Source: the human T2T-CHM13v2.0 reference genome, Homo sapiens. From it: a stretch of 64,000 bases of DNA. Positions 15,276 to 28,600 of the stretch are shown here, one piece after another. How positions within the stretch are numbered: position 1 is the first letter of the stretch; every line of letters begins with the position of its first letter. The DNA lies in the NCBI RefSeq assembly GCF_009914755.1, contig NC_060947.1. One strand, given 5' to 3'. The notes under the pieces are model-generated. The model saw only the letters and a list, made by a program, of their open reading frames with translations, was not told where the DNA came from and searched no databases. The position numbers and the translations under genes were made by a program.

Positions 15276-15328
15276 AATAAAGGCGATAGCTGACTTTCAT
15301 TTGGGGCATTTGTAAAAAGTAGATTAAA
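15276..15328 (+). terminator. MTM1: Proximal poly(A) signals (AATAAA 15276-15281, ATTAAA 15323-15328)
   Basis: Canonical hexamers 32 and 79 nt after the stop codon. Confidence 0.55.
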
Positions 15329-16767
15329 ATATTTGCCTCCATGTAGAACTTGAACTAACATAATCTTAAACTCTTGAATATGTGCCTTCTAGAATACATA
15401 TTACAAGAAAACTACAGGGTCCACACGGCAATCAGAAGAAAGGAGCTGAGATGAGGTTTTGGAAAACCCTGACACCTTTAAAAAGCAGTTTTTGAAAGAC
15501 AAAATTTAGATTTAATTTACGTCTTGAGAAATACTATATATACAATATATATTTTGTGGGCTTAATTGAAACAACATTATTTTAAAATCAAAGGGGATAT
15601 ATGTTTGTGGAATGGATTTTCCTGAAGCTGCTTAACAGTTGCTTTGGATTCTCTAAGATGAATCCAAATGTGAAAGATGCATGTTACTGCCAAAACCAAA
15701 TTGAGCTCAGCTTCCTAGGCATTACCCAAAAGCAAGGTGTTTAAGTAATTGCCAGCTTTTATACCATCATGAGTGGTGACTTAAGGAGAAATAGCTGTAT
15801 AGATGAGTTTTTCATTATTTGGAAATTTAGGGGTAGAAAATGTTTTCCCCTAATTTTCCAGAGAAGCCTATTTTTATATTTTTAAAAAACTGACAGGGCC
15901 CAGTTAAATATGATTTGCATTTTTTAAATTTGCCAGTTTTATTTTCTAAATTCTTTCATGAGCTTGCCTAAAATTCGGAATGGTTTTCGGGTTGTGGCAA
16001 ACCCCAAAGAGAGCACTGTCCAAGGATGTCGGGAGCATCCTGCTGCTTAGGGGAATGTTTTCGCAAATGTTGCTCTAGTCAGTCCAGCTCATCTGCCAAA
16101 ATGTAGGGCTACCGTCTTGGATGCATGAGCTATTGCTAGAGCATCATCCTTAGAAATCAGTGCCCCAGATGTACATGTGTTGAGCGTATTCTTGAAAGTA
16201 TTGTGTTTATGCATTTCAATTTCAATGGTGTTGGCTTCCCCTCCCCACCCCACGCGTGCATAAAAACTGGTTCTACAAATTTTTACTTGAAGTACCAGGC
16301 CGTTTGCTTTTTCAGGTTGTTTTGTTTTATAGTATTAAGTGAAATTTTAAATGCACAGTTCTATTTGCTATCTGAACTAATTCATTTATTAAGTATATTT
16401 GTAAAAGCTAAGGCTCGAGTTAAAACAATGAAGTGTTTTACAATGATTTGTAAAGGACTATTTATAACTAATATGGTTTTGTTTTCAATGAATTAAGAAA
16501 GATTAAATATATCTTTGTAAATTATTTTATGTCATAGTTTAATTGGTCTACCAAGTAAGACATCTCAAATACAGTAGTATAATGTATGAATTTTGTAAGT
16601 ATAAGAAATTTTATTAGACATTCTCTTACTTTTTGTAAATGCTGTAAATATTTCATAAATTAACAAAGTGTCACTCCATAAAAAGAAAGCTAATACTAAT
16701 AGCCTAAAAGATTTTGTGAAATTTCATGAAAACTTTTTAATGGCAATAATGACTAAAGACCTGCTGT

Positions 16768-16773
16768 AATAAA
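16768..16773 (+). terminator. MTM1: Distal poly(A) signal
   Basis: AATAAA preceded by several TGTA motifs and followed by GT-rich ctgttttcagggctgtgagtgtgcatgtgttgg. Confidence 0.85.
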
Positions 16774-18710
16774 TGTATTAACTGAAACCTAACACTGTTT
16801 TCAGGGCTGTGAGTGTGCATGTGTTGGAAATGTGCATGGTGGCCATCTGATTTCTTTGCCCGGGTCTGCTTCATGTACTTTTTATCTCACCGGCAACCTT
16901 GCAGGGCTCTCCCAAAATTTCAGCAAGATTGGGCATTTAAGTGTATTAAACAGTGCAGATTTTAAGAGTCACGACTGTCTATGAGGATGGCTTTTGCAAA
17001 AGTGAACGCGCAAAACTCCAGGCTCTGAATAGGGAACACAGCAGTTGATAGTAAGGGATGCGAAGATACTGGTTAAATAAGCCATAGTTGACGTCTCATT
17101 AGGTAAGAATTTTTAAAATTCTTCAAACAATATTGCCAGTTGGAGATTATGTCGTTTACATATGTACGTTCTAAGAATGCTGAATAGTTGTAGCAGTAAA
17201 CTAAAATTGACCATTTTTTGGCAATCAGAATAGATCACGTGGAACAGAGCTTAAAGAAAAAAAATCAGAATAGGACTCTTAAATGACTAAGTGTATCTTT
17301 CATAACGATGAGTATTTGAAGTGCTTTGTGAAGTCCTTCCTCAGACATTGCCTCATTGAACCCTCACTAGGACCTTATGAGCTAGGGGGCATTCTGTTAC
17401 CCCTATTTTTCGACTGAGGAGAATGCTGTTGTTGCAGGCGTTCACTGACATGCCCCACGTCCTACAGCACCACCACAAGTTTCATACTGGTGTTAGCCTG
17501 AAGTCTACATTTGAGTTCCCACTGAATGGCCTGAGCTCTGCCTTCTTCATTGAAATTGAAAGAACCTCTCCTCCTGGGACAACTCTTCAAATAATTCGGA
17601 ATCATATACTTTTTAGTATAGGTTTTGTTTCTAAATATAGTCATAGCACTTTCTGACCTGTTTTTGATAATGCAGCAAAGCTTATCCTTTTGCTTTCTTG
17701 GAGGGAATAATATTCAAAAAGTCTCAGAATAAGCTGAGTAGTATCTTGTCACTTGCATAATGCAGCTCTATGGTGTCATTCAGACAACTCTTGTGGCATT
17801 TGGGTACATTAGGCAAAAGCAGGACTGTCTAAAAGGAAATTCTTAATGTGGGAATGTATTAAAGAGTGTATACAGCTGTTACTGGAGGATGCACCCACTG
17901 GTGGCCATTAAAGCAAAAGGGGACACCCGAGAGAAATGGGAAATGTATGCAGTGCGCACCCCACAAACAAGAATAATGGCATATTTGCAGAAAAGCGTTA
18001 CATGGTTGAACTACATTTCAGTTGAATTTTTTAGGTTTACAGAACCACTACCAGTATGAAGCTAGAATACCAATATTTGAAGTAGTCTGACATGCCAAAC
18101 TTCATTGGTAGATTTAAAGTTAAGGGGTTGTTATCAAGGTCTTCCTTCCATATTGAACATACTTGGAAGAGGAAAGGGTAGTAAAATGCAGTATTCTCAC
18201 TTTCTTATGAGGCTTAGATTCAGACATGGATTAGTTCTTATTTGCAATTTCTCCTTTAAAATCGAAGGTGATAACATATTTTAAACACATAAAGTGGTTC
18301 AATGCTTAGACACGACCATTAAGCCTTAGCAGTTTGTTTCTCCGGCTTTTGAGAGCGCTGCTTATTCATTTACAGTGGTTCTGAAATTGTTTCACAGTGG
18401 CTTCCATGCAAATTATAAAAGTTGCTTACATTTTATGAACTCTGTATCACAAAGCTATATTAGAATCCTGGATGGGATGTGTGGAAACCAGGGTTCTCAT
18501 CGGCACCAGCACTGACTTGTGGCCCTATTTCCTGAAGGAAAGATGTGAGTGAAGTCCTCCTAGCTCCCAGATGCTACAGATATGGAGAAGGCCTCAGCCT
18601 CCATCTGCTCAGTGAGGGTGTGGGCTGCACGTTCTCAAAGTTTCCTTACAACTGAAACACAGCCCTTCTCAGAAATGCATTTTTAATGACATTTCATGCA
18701 GAGATTCACC

Positions 18711-18985
18711 TTTTTAATTTTTTTAAAATTTATAACTGACACATTGTAATTGTACGTACTTATGAGGTAAAATGTGATGTTTCAATGTATGCATATAAGC
18801 CAGGCGCAGAAAAACAAACACTGTATGGCCTCACTTACATGTGGAATCTTAAAAAGTTGATCTCATAGTAATAGAGAATAGAATAGTTACCAGAGACTGA
18901 GGAGGGTAGTGGGAAAGAAGGTACCAGGAGAAGTTGGTCAATGGGTGCAAAGTTACAGTTGGAGAAGAGTAAGTTTTGGTGTTCT
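18711..18985 (-). mobile_element. Small L1MA insertion with inverted 5' segment
   Basis: Antisense L1MA terminus (18711-18796) joined to a sense L1MA 3' UTR piece (18797-18985), flanked by a direct repeat. Confidence 0.6.
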
Positions 18986-19047
18986 CAAAAATGCATTTTA
19001 ATCACATGTGCATGTGAAATATTTATCACACAAGATGGCATTTGCCT

Positions 19048-19522
19048 CATGAGTTTCCTGTTTCTTCTGTAAGAAATCCTCACGAACTTAGTGACTTCTT
19101 AAGACACAAATGCATTATCTTAAAATTCTAGAGGCCAAAAGTCTGAAATGGGTCTCACGGTTAAAATCAAGATGTTGGCAAGGCTGTGTTCCTTCTGGTA
19201 GCTCAAGGGAAGAATTCTTCTCCTTGCTTTTTCCAGCTTCTCGTGGCCACCTGCATTCCTTGATGCCATGGCCTCTTCCTCCATCTCCAAAGCCAGCAGC
19301 AGAACATCTTCAAGTCTCTGACTCTCTTTTTGCCTCCCTCTTTGACTTTTAAGGACCTTTGTGATACATTGGGCCTATCTGTATAGCCTAGAATAATCTA
19401 CCCGTCTCAGGGTCAGCTAATTGGCAACCTTAATTCCTTCTTGTCTTGTAACATATTCACGGGTTCTGGGGATTGGGCTGTGGGCAACTTGTGTGTGGGG
19501 GTGCATTATGGTGCCTACCACA
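19048..19522 (-). mobile_element. MaLR LTR (MLT1D-like)
   Basis: gtctgaaatgggtctcac...ggctgtgttccttctgg...gtcagctaattggcaaccttaattcc. Confidence 0.75.
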
Positions 19523-20456
19523 CCTCAGTTCCTTTAGCTTTGGATGGTCAGAGAGTATGCAAGGTGAGAAATCAGACACTGCTAGGCTTTCCTATTACAA
19601 GCTATGCAATTATAATTAGGTAAATGACTAGTTCATTTCCTTATATCTCAGACAAAATTTACACTTACAGTTGCCTTCAGTTTTATTCTCTATTTCTATT
19701 GTTGCTTCTATCCAAAGCCCCAGACCATGTACTTCAACTCCCTTGGTCTCTAAATGGAAGAAAGGGAGCTATTAATTTGGGCCATATGTGCCAAACACTG
19801 TACTATTTAGCCTCCCCATAACCTTATAAAATTGATCATAATTTTTTGGTCATTTTACAAATGAGAGAGGCTCAGAGCCAGAAGTATTTTTTATTTAAAG
19901 TAAGATCACTTCAACAAATATTTTCTATTATAACACAGACCCGTGCCAGCTGTCGAAATACAAATAAATAAAACAGTAGGCTCCTTCAAGGAGCATCTGG
20001 CTTAGTGGGAAGACAATCCAGTTAACCAGTAATTTCCAAGCAGGGTGCTGCCTGCAAGGATAGAGACAGATGGTGGACTTCTGGGCCAGTATAGGGAACT
20101 AGGGAGGAACTTCTTGGCAATATTGTCAGAACTGAGCCTTGGAAGCTAAGTAGACATGCAAGGCTGGTTTAACATATAAATCAATGTAATATACCACATT
20201 AACACAATGAAAGATAAAAACCATAAAATCATCTCAATTGATGTGGAAAACCATTTCACAAAGTTTAGCATCCTTTCTTTTATGATAAAAACTCTTGATA
20301 GTTTATATTTAAAAAGTTTATCAACATAATAAAAGCCATTTATGAAAAACCCACAGCTAACGTAGTCAATGGGGAACAATTAAAGGCTTTTCCCCTAAGA
20401 TCCAGTACAAGGCAAAGAAGCTCACTCTTGCCACTTCTATTCAACGTAGTACACAG

Positions 20457-20780
20457 TGCCAGGTGCAGTGGCTCATGCCTGTAATCCCAACACTTTGGGA
20501 GACCGAGGCAAGGAGATCACTTGAGGCTAGGAGTTGGAGACCAACCTGGGCAATATAGCAAGATCCTGTCTCTACTTAAAAAAAAGCCAGGTATGGTGGT
20601 GTGTACCTGTAGCTCCAGCTACTCAGGAGGCTGAGGCAGGAATTTGAGGCTGAGCCCAGGAATTTGCTTGAGCCCAGGAATTTGAGGCTGCAGTGAGCTA
20701 TGATTGCACCACTGCATTACAGCTTGAATGACAGAGCAATTTCAGAGACTGCACCCTGTCTCTGAAAACAAAAACAAAAC
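20457..20780 (+). mobile_element. AluJ with internal micro-duplications
   Basis: Sense Alu dimer with (CAAAA)n tail. Confidence 0.9.
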
Positions 20781-20862
20781 ATAGTATTGGAAGAACTGGC
20801 AAGAGCAATCAGACAAGAAAACTAAAAGGCATACAAATCAGAAAGTAAGTAAAATTATCTCT

Positions 20863-21160
20863 GTTTTTATTTTTCTTTGAGGCAGGGTCTCACTTTGTCA
20901 CCTAGACTGGAGTGCAGCAGCGTAATCATAGCACACTGCAGCCTTGGCCTCCTGGGCACAAACAATCCTCCTGCCTCAGCCCCTCAAGTAGCTGGGACTA
21001 CAGGCATGCACTACCAAGCCCAGCTATTTTTTTTTTGTATTTTTTGTAGAGACGGGGTTTCACTATGTTACCCATGCTGGTCTCAAACTCCTGAAGTGAT
21101 CTGCCCACCTCAGCCTCACAAAGTGCTGGGATTACAGGCGTGAGCCACTGTGCCTGGCCC
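20863..21160 (-). mobile_element. AluJ with 12-bp TSD
   Basis: Antisense Alu; AAAATTATCTCT at 20851-20862 and 21161-21172. Confidence 0.92.
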
Positions 21161-21694
21161 AAAATTATCTCTATTTGGAGATGACATGATCCTATATGTA
21201 GGAAACCCAAAAGACTCCACACACAAAAAAGCTGTTAGAACTAGTAGATGAATTCAGTGAAGTTTCAGGATAGAAAAATCAATGTACAAAAACCGGTTGC
21301 ATTTCTGTACACAAATAACAACCTATCCAAAAAAGAGATCAAGGGAACAATCCCATTTACAATGGCATCAAAAAGAATAGAATGCTTAGGAATAGAATGC
21401 TTAGGAATTTTGCCAGGAGGGTGAAAGCTCTGAACACTGAAAACTGTAAAACTCTAATAATAAGAAATTGAAGAAGACACAAATAAATGGAAAGATATCC
21501 CATGCTAATGGATTGAAAGAATTAATATTATTAAAAAGGGTCATACTACCCAAGGCAATATACAGATTCAACACCATCCCTAGCATAATGGAATACTACA
21601 CGCCCAGGATAAATGATCAAACCACAGCTACATGCAACACAGTTGAATCTCATAAGCATGTTAACTAAAAGATGCCAGGTACAAAAGAATATAA

Positions 21695-22038
21695 AGTAGC
21701 TCCCCCTTATCCATGGGGGATATGTTCCAACACCCCGAATGGATGCTTGAAACCACAGATAGTACCAAACCCTATATATACTATGTTTCTTTCCTATATA
21801 CACATAACTATGATAAAGTTTAATTTATAAATTAGACACAGTAAGAAATTAACAGTAGTTAATAACAAAATAGAACAATTATAACAATATGCTGTGATAA
21901 AAATTACATAACTGTGTTCTCTCCCTTTCTCTCCCACTCTTCCCCTCTTGAAATACTGTAATATTTTCAGACCATTGTTTATCATGGGTAACTGAAACCA
22001 TGGAAAGAGAAACCTCAGGTAAGGGGGGAACCACTGTA
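21695..22038. mobile_element. Tigger3/MER7-like DNA transposon MITE
   Basis: Terminal inverted repeats (agtagctcccccttatcc ... ggtaaggggggaaccactgta) and Tigger3-type interior. Confidence 0.7.
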
Positions 22039-22159
22039 TACAATATTATTCCATTCATATAAGTTCAAAAACAAACTAAATTCATGTTTTGGGATGTATG
22101 TGTGGTAAAACAGCAAAGAAAAGCAAAGAAACCATCACCATAGAAGGGAACACTATGAG

Positions 22160-23010
22160 CAGAAGCAAATGGTGCATTAAGTAGGATGCAGCATTTGTGG
22201 AACTCAAAGCAAGCAGGTATTCCTGAGTCGTAATGTGAACGGGCCTGGCAAAAGATGACTGAGACGCAGGCAGGGGCAAGTCATGGAGTGCCTTGGGGGT
22301 CATGGGTGGGAGATGGATTTTAGGGTGGCAAGGCTGGGGACAGAAAGGCAAGTTTGAGGCTGATGTAGTTGACCAGATGGGGAGAACTGAGCCTGGAATA
22401 GAGACAAGTAGAGATGGAGATTGAAAAAAAAATTTTTTTTTAAGTTTGTGACTGAAAAAAAGAGACAAGAAAGAAGTCAAAGATGGTACTGAAGTTGCTG
22501 GTGGCTGCAATTGGTTGGCAAGTGGTATAATTTTCAGAAATAGAGGATATCAGGAGAGGATCGAGTCTAGAGCAATGCTGAGGCCAGTTTGGGATATGCT
22601 GAATGTGAGGAGAACAGGTGTCCAAGATGTGGTTAAGTTTAGCTCTGAAGCTCACAAAAGAAGTCGGAAACACAGATTTGGGGATAAAACTATGGAAGTA
22701 GATGACATTGCCCATGCAAGTAAATGGAGAAAAGTGGCACGCCCCAACTCCAGATTGTACGGGACAGACAGAGGAAGAGGAGACTTGGGATGAGATGGAG
22801 AAGGAAGGTCAGATAAGTGCAGAAGCAAACAGTTGCATCATGGAAGGTAAAAGAAGGATAATTTCAAGGAGTGAGTGCTTAGCATGGGAGATCTGGTGAA
22901 TCAAGGATAAAAAAAAATGTCCAGTCAATTTGGAAAGTAAGACGTCCCTGGAGGACATTCGCAAGAGCTCTTTCATTGAGGCAGAAGTCAAAGAACAGCG
23001 AGTTAAAAGT
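22160..23010 (-). mobile_element. L2 fragment
   Basis: Purine-rich antisense L2-like sequence; boundaries approximate. Confidence 0.55.
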
Positions 23011-23581
23011 CACCAGCCAGGATTCTAGCTCAAGCAGCTAAGGGGTGCAAAAGGCCGGAAGCGCACCCAGTTTGAGAAACTATTATTTTGGCACCAGGGT
23101 CTGCTTTAGCACCACTAAGCTGCAAAAAGATGCGATGGCCTGTGTTCTAGGTCCTAGGGCAAGGGCCGTGTAACAGTGAAGAGAAAAGAGAAACTGAAGA
23201 GGAATAGCCCCACCTCCTGCAGTCATTTATTCAACAAGTACCTGTGAGCCCTATCAGTTTAAATGCGACTTGATTATGGCACTCTTCCCCAGTGCCCCTC
23301 CCTTCAATACTATCTTAGGTCCCAGCGCTCTATGCTCCCTCAGGGCCTTATACCTCTCCTACTATTGCACTTGCCATACTTTGTTGAAATGAATGTCTTT
23401 CTTTTTCACTGCACTCTAAGCTGCCTTGTTTTTAGCTACAATGCCCAATAGGCTGCCTGGCACATGGTAGGTGCAAAATATATATATTTATTTGAATGCA
23501 TGAATTAGTGAGTGAATGCACGAAGGGTACACAAGAGTGGGATTCTCTTTCTAGAGGGTTTGCTATAATGAAAGGTGAGAG

Positions 23582-23787
23582 TGGGGGGAGGGGGAGGATA
23601 GCATTAGGAGATATACCTAATGCTAAATGACGAGTTAATGGGTGCAGCACACCAACATGGCATATGTATACATACGTAACAAACCTGAACGTTGTGCACA
23701 TGTACCCTAAAACTTAAAGTATAATAATAATAAAATTTAAAAATAAATAAATAATAAAAAAGATTGACAGTAAAAAAAAAAAAGAAA
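23582..23787 (+). mobile_element. Very short L1PA (about L1PA3) 3' end with double A tail and 12-bp TSD
   Basis: gatagcattaggagatatacctaatgctaaatgacgagttaatggg...aaacttaaagtataat; TSD GAAAGG(T/C)GAGAG at 23570-23581 and 23788-23799. Confidence 0.92.
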
Positions 23788-24059
23788 GAAAGGCGAGAGA
23801 TTGGATAATAACTGTTGAGAAATGAGACAGACAGAATGGGCTTTTGAAAGGAAGAGACTTTCTTGGGATCATACATCGGGAAGAAGCCAGTGGCGAATGA
23901 GAGATTGCATAGAGAAGAGGGAGCTGTTACCTGATTGAACAAGGCCTCAGAGTGGGGAAGAGCCCAAGGACACAGAGGGGGATTTGCTTTGCACAACAGA
24001 AAGGACTCCTCTTCCTCAGCAACTAGAGAAGAGGAGGGTGGGTGCAGATGAAGAAACAC

Positions 24060-24598
24060 TGATGGAGGGAATAATGGTTCCTCAAAGATGTCCATGTCCT
24101 AATCTCCAGAACCTGTGAATATGTGAGGTTACATAGCAAAGGGGAATTAAGGTAGCAGATAGAATTAAGGTTGTGATACTAGCTGACCCTTATATGAGGA
24201 GATCATCTGGATTATTGAGGTGAACCCAATGTCATTACAAGGCTCTTTAAAAGTGGAAGCTGGAGGTGGAAGAGACTTCAGAGTCATAGCCATGCCATGA
24301 GAGAAAGACGACTGGCCATGCTGGCTTTGAAGATGGAGCAAGGGGCCAGGAGCCAAGGACCGCGCAGCCTCTAGAAGCTGGAAAAGACAGGGAACAGATT
24401 TTTCTCTAAAGCCTCCAGAAGGAACACAGCCCTGCCCACACCTTGAGTTTAGCCCAGTGAGACCTGGGTTGGACTTTCATCCCCAGAAATAATAAATGAT
24501 TAATATAATATTAATAATAATTAGTGAGATAATAAATGTATGTTGTTGAAGCCACTAAGCTTGGGTAATCTGTTACAGCAACCATAGGGTATGAACAC
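24060..24598 (+). mobile_element. MaLR LTR (MLT1D-like)
   Basis: aaagatgtccatgtcctaatc...acctgtgaatatg...ggaattaagg...cctctagaagctggaaaag...gcctccagaaggaacacagccctg. Confidence 0.8.
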
Positions 24599-25037
24599 AA
24601 GGGGGAATTTGAGGGAGTTCATGCCTGATTACCTCGACGTTCTTACACACTCCCACTATACCCACGATAGCAGAGGCCTGTAAGGAAAACTGTTTGGCCC
24701 AGAGCAGAGGAGAGGGAAGAAGATTCAAATGTCCCTGAGAAGTGGTGCTCACTAGCAGGCTTTCCAGTATAGTTCAAATTCACTTCACCTCAGTAGTTCA
24801 AAAATCCTCAGGCACCAGTCTTGTGGTGCCCCCAGGTGCCTGGTGGAAGCAAATGCTCTATGGAGGAACACACCTTTATCGCAGCCTCTAAGAATTCTCG
24901 CAAATCATTTTTCAAAGAAATTGAACATCTCTCAGTGAAAAATAGCAGACAGAAAGCCTTCAGCGAACATCAATAGAAACAAAAAAGCAGAAAACGACTT
25001 GTAAGACTTCAGATTATTCAAATTATCAGACACAAGC

Positions 25038-25243
25038 AGTCATTCTGCTGCAGTTGGCTTATATAGGTTGGTCAGAGACAACTGTGAGCATCTCTTCCTA
25101 ATTCTGTATTCAGTGATGTCAAGGTGGTACTTTGAAATCGGCCAAGCTGGGAAGAGTTACACCACAGAAATGAGCAAATGCTACAAATAAAGGCTTTGTC
25201 TTTCTTCAGAGAGCTGATAATTAAAAATGTACTAGAACATTGC
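25038..25243. mobile_element. MER63-like hAT DNA transposon fragment
   Basis: gcatctcttcc...ttcagtgatgtca...ttgaaatcggcc...acaccacagaaatgagcaaatgctacaaat. Confidence 0.6.
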
Positions 25244-25284
25244 TGGAGGCAGATTATAAAAATGAATATGAAAATTATCTTTAA

Positions 25285-26920
<1,636 letters not shown>

Positions 26921-27277
26921 AAGGCACCCCAGGTAATTTTGTGCAGCTGGCCCAGTGCCAAGTGTTTAGAAATGACTATTTCAGGCAATACCTACATATT
27001 GGTCAAATTGCATCCTTAAATAGATGTCATTGAAAGAATTAATCACTGATTACAGAGTTAGCTCCTTTTGGAAAGGTGTGTTGTATTGATTGATACTCTG
27101 GACATAAATAGGCTTTAAATGTAGAGATTTCTTTCTTTGGCCCTACACCTGTAGAAGCACTGCCTGGTAGGATTTCGTAGGAGGAATTCAATCATCAAGT
27201 GGGATGTGGATTGGAAATAGGAAGACATTAGATTAGCGTTTCTTTCAACCCAGTAAGTCTGTGAGTGTCCACGCCAC

Positions 27278-27540
27278 TTATCAATGCATTCTCAGCTCCA
27301 AAGGCATCCTCCTTTAACTGCTCTGTGATAATGGAGATGGGCTTTGTAAATATTTCTTACCAGCTGGCATAATGTAAATCCTTGTCAGTAGAGGGCGCTA
27401 GAGAGAGAGAGACCAGAGGAGAAAAAAGTTTTATCTTCCAGATTCTGGGGTGCCTCATCTTTTTGCCTCCTCCAGAGCACAGCTTGCTTTCTCTGTTGCT
27501 GGGCTCCTATGCACATGCTTTCTTTTGAGCTAGGCCCATG
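27278..27540 (+). mobile_element. LTR41-like ERVL LTR fragment carrying a CTCF-like motif
   Basis: ctcagctccaaa...ctgctctgtgat...ccagctggc...tgtcagtagagggcgctagagag resembles the LTR41 5' part as remembered. Confidence 0.6.
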
Positions 27541-27544
27541 CATG

Positions 27545-28600
27545 TATCATCCCAAAGAAAACCACGTCAAAGCATTTAATAATCAAACGCCCAAAGATCA
27601 AACATTAAGAAAGAATCCTAAAAGCAGTAAGAGAATAGAAACAAATAACATACAGTGGAGCCCAAATAAGTCCAGCAGCAGACTCTTCAGTGCAAACCTT
27701 ACAGGCCAGGAGAGTGTGGCATAGCGTATTTAAAGTGCTAAAGGAATACAACTTTAATGCTAGAATAGAATATCCAGCGAAAATATCCTTTAAGCATGAA
27801 GGAGAAATAAAGATCTTCCCAGACAAACAAAAGCTGAGCGATTTCATGAACACCAGACCTGTCCTATAAGAAATGCTAAAGGGAGTTCTTCAATCTGAGA
27901 GAAAAGGATATTAATGAGCAATAAGGGATTATCTAAAGGTACAAAACTCACTGGTAATAGCACAAAGAAAAACACAGAATATTATAAGACTGTGTGGTGT
28001 GTAAAACACTCAAGTAGAAAGACTAAACAATGAATAAATCAAAAATAATAACTGTAACTTTTCAAGACATAGGCAATACAATAAGGCAAAGGGAAACAAT
28101 AGAAAGTTTAAAAACAGGCAGATAAAGTTAAAATGTAGAGTTTTTATTAGTTCTCTTTTTGCTTGTTTGTTTATTTGTTTATGCAATCAGTGCTAAGTTC
28201 TCATCAGCTTAAAATAATGGATTATCACATAGTATTTGCAAGCCTCATGGTAACCTCAAATGTAAAAATATACAACAAATACGCAAAATGTAAAAAAAGC
28301 AAGAAATTAAATCATACCACCAGAGAAAATCACCTTCACTTAAAGGAAAGAAGGAAGGAAGACAGGAAAGAAGGAAGAAAACACCACAAAACAAACAGCA
28401 AACAAATTACAAAATGACAAGAGTAGTCCTCACTTATCGATAATAACATTGAATGCAAATGGACTAAACTCTGTAATCAAAAGACATAGAGTGACTGAAT
28501 GGATGAAAAAACAAGACCCTACAAGAAACTATTGCTTACAAGAAACACACTTCACCTATAAAGATACACAAAGATTGAAAATAAAGAATGGAAAATATAG
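27545..28600 (+). mobile_element. Old L1 ORF1 end, spacer and ORF2 endonuclease start
   Basis: ORF1-like aaccttacaggccaggagag...aatatcctttaagcatgaaggagaaataaag and ORF2 N-terminus (NANGLNSVIKRHRVTEWMKKQDP...CLQETHFT). Confidence 0.85.

Larger units (their letters stand above)
15245..16795 (+). other. MTM1: MTM1 3' UTR (about 1.55 kb)
   Basis: AU-rich sequence with no recognisable repeats between the stop and the distal AATAAA; 3' end approximate. Confidence 0.8.
20155..21580 (+). mobile_element. Old L1 ORF2 (RT region) remnant interrupted by two Alus
   Basis: aaatcaatgtaatataccacattaac...ggcttttcccctaagatc...atacagattcaacaccatccc; frameshifted ORF2 peptides. Confidence 0.85.

Noticed and set aside
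21375-21408. 15-bp tandem duplication GAATAGAATGCTTAG
   Set aside because: Ordinary slippage duplication inside a dead L1
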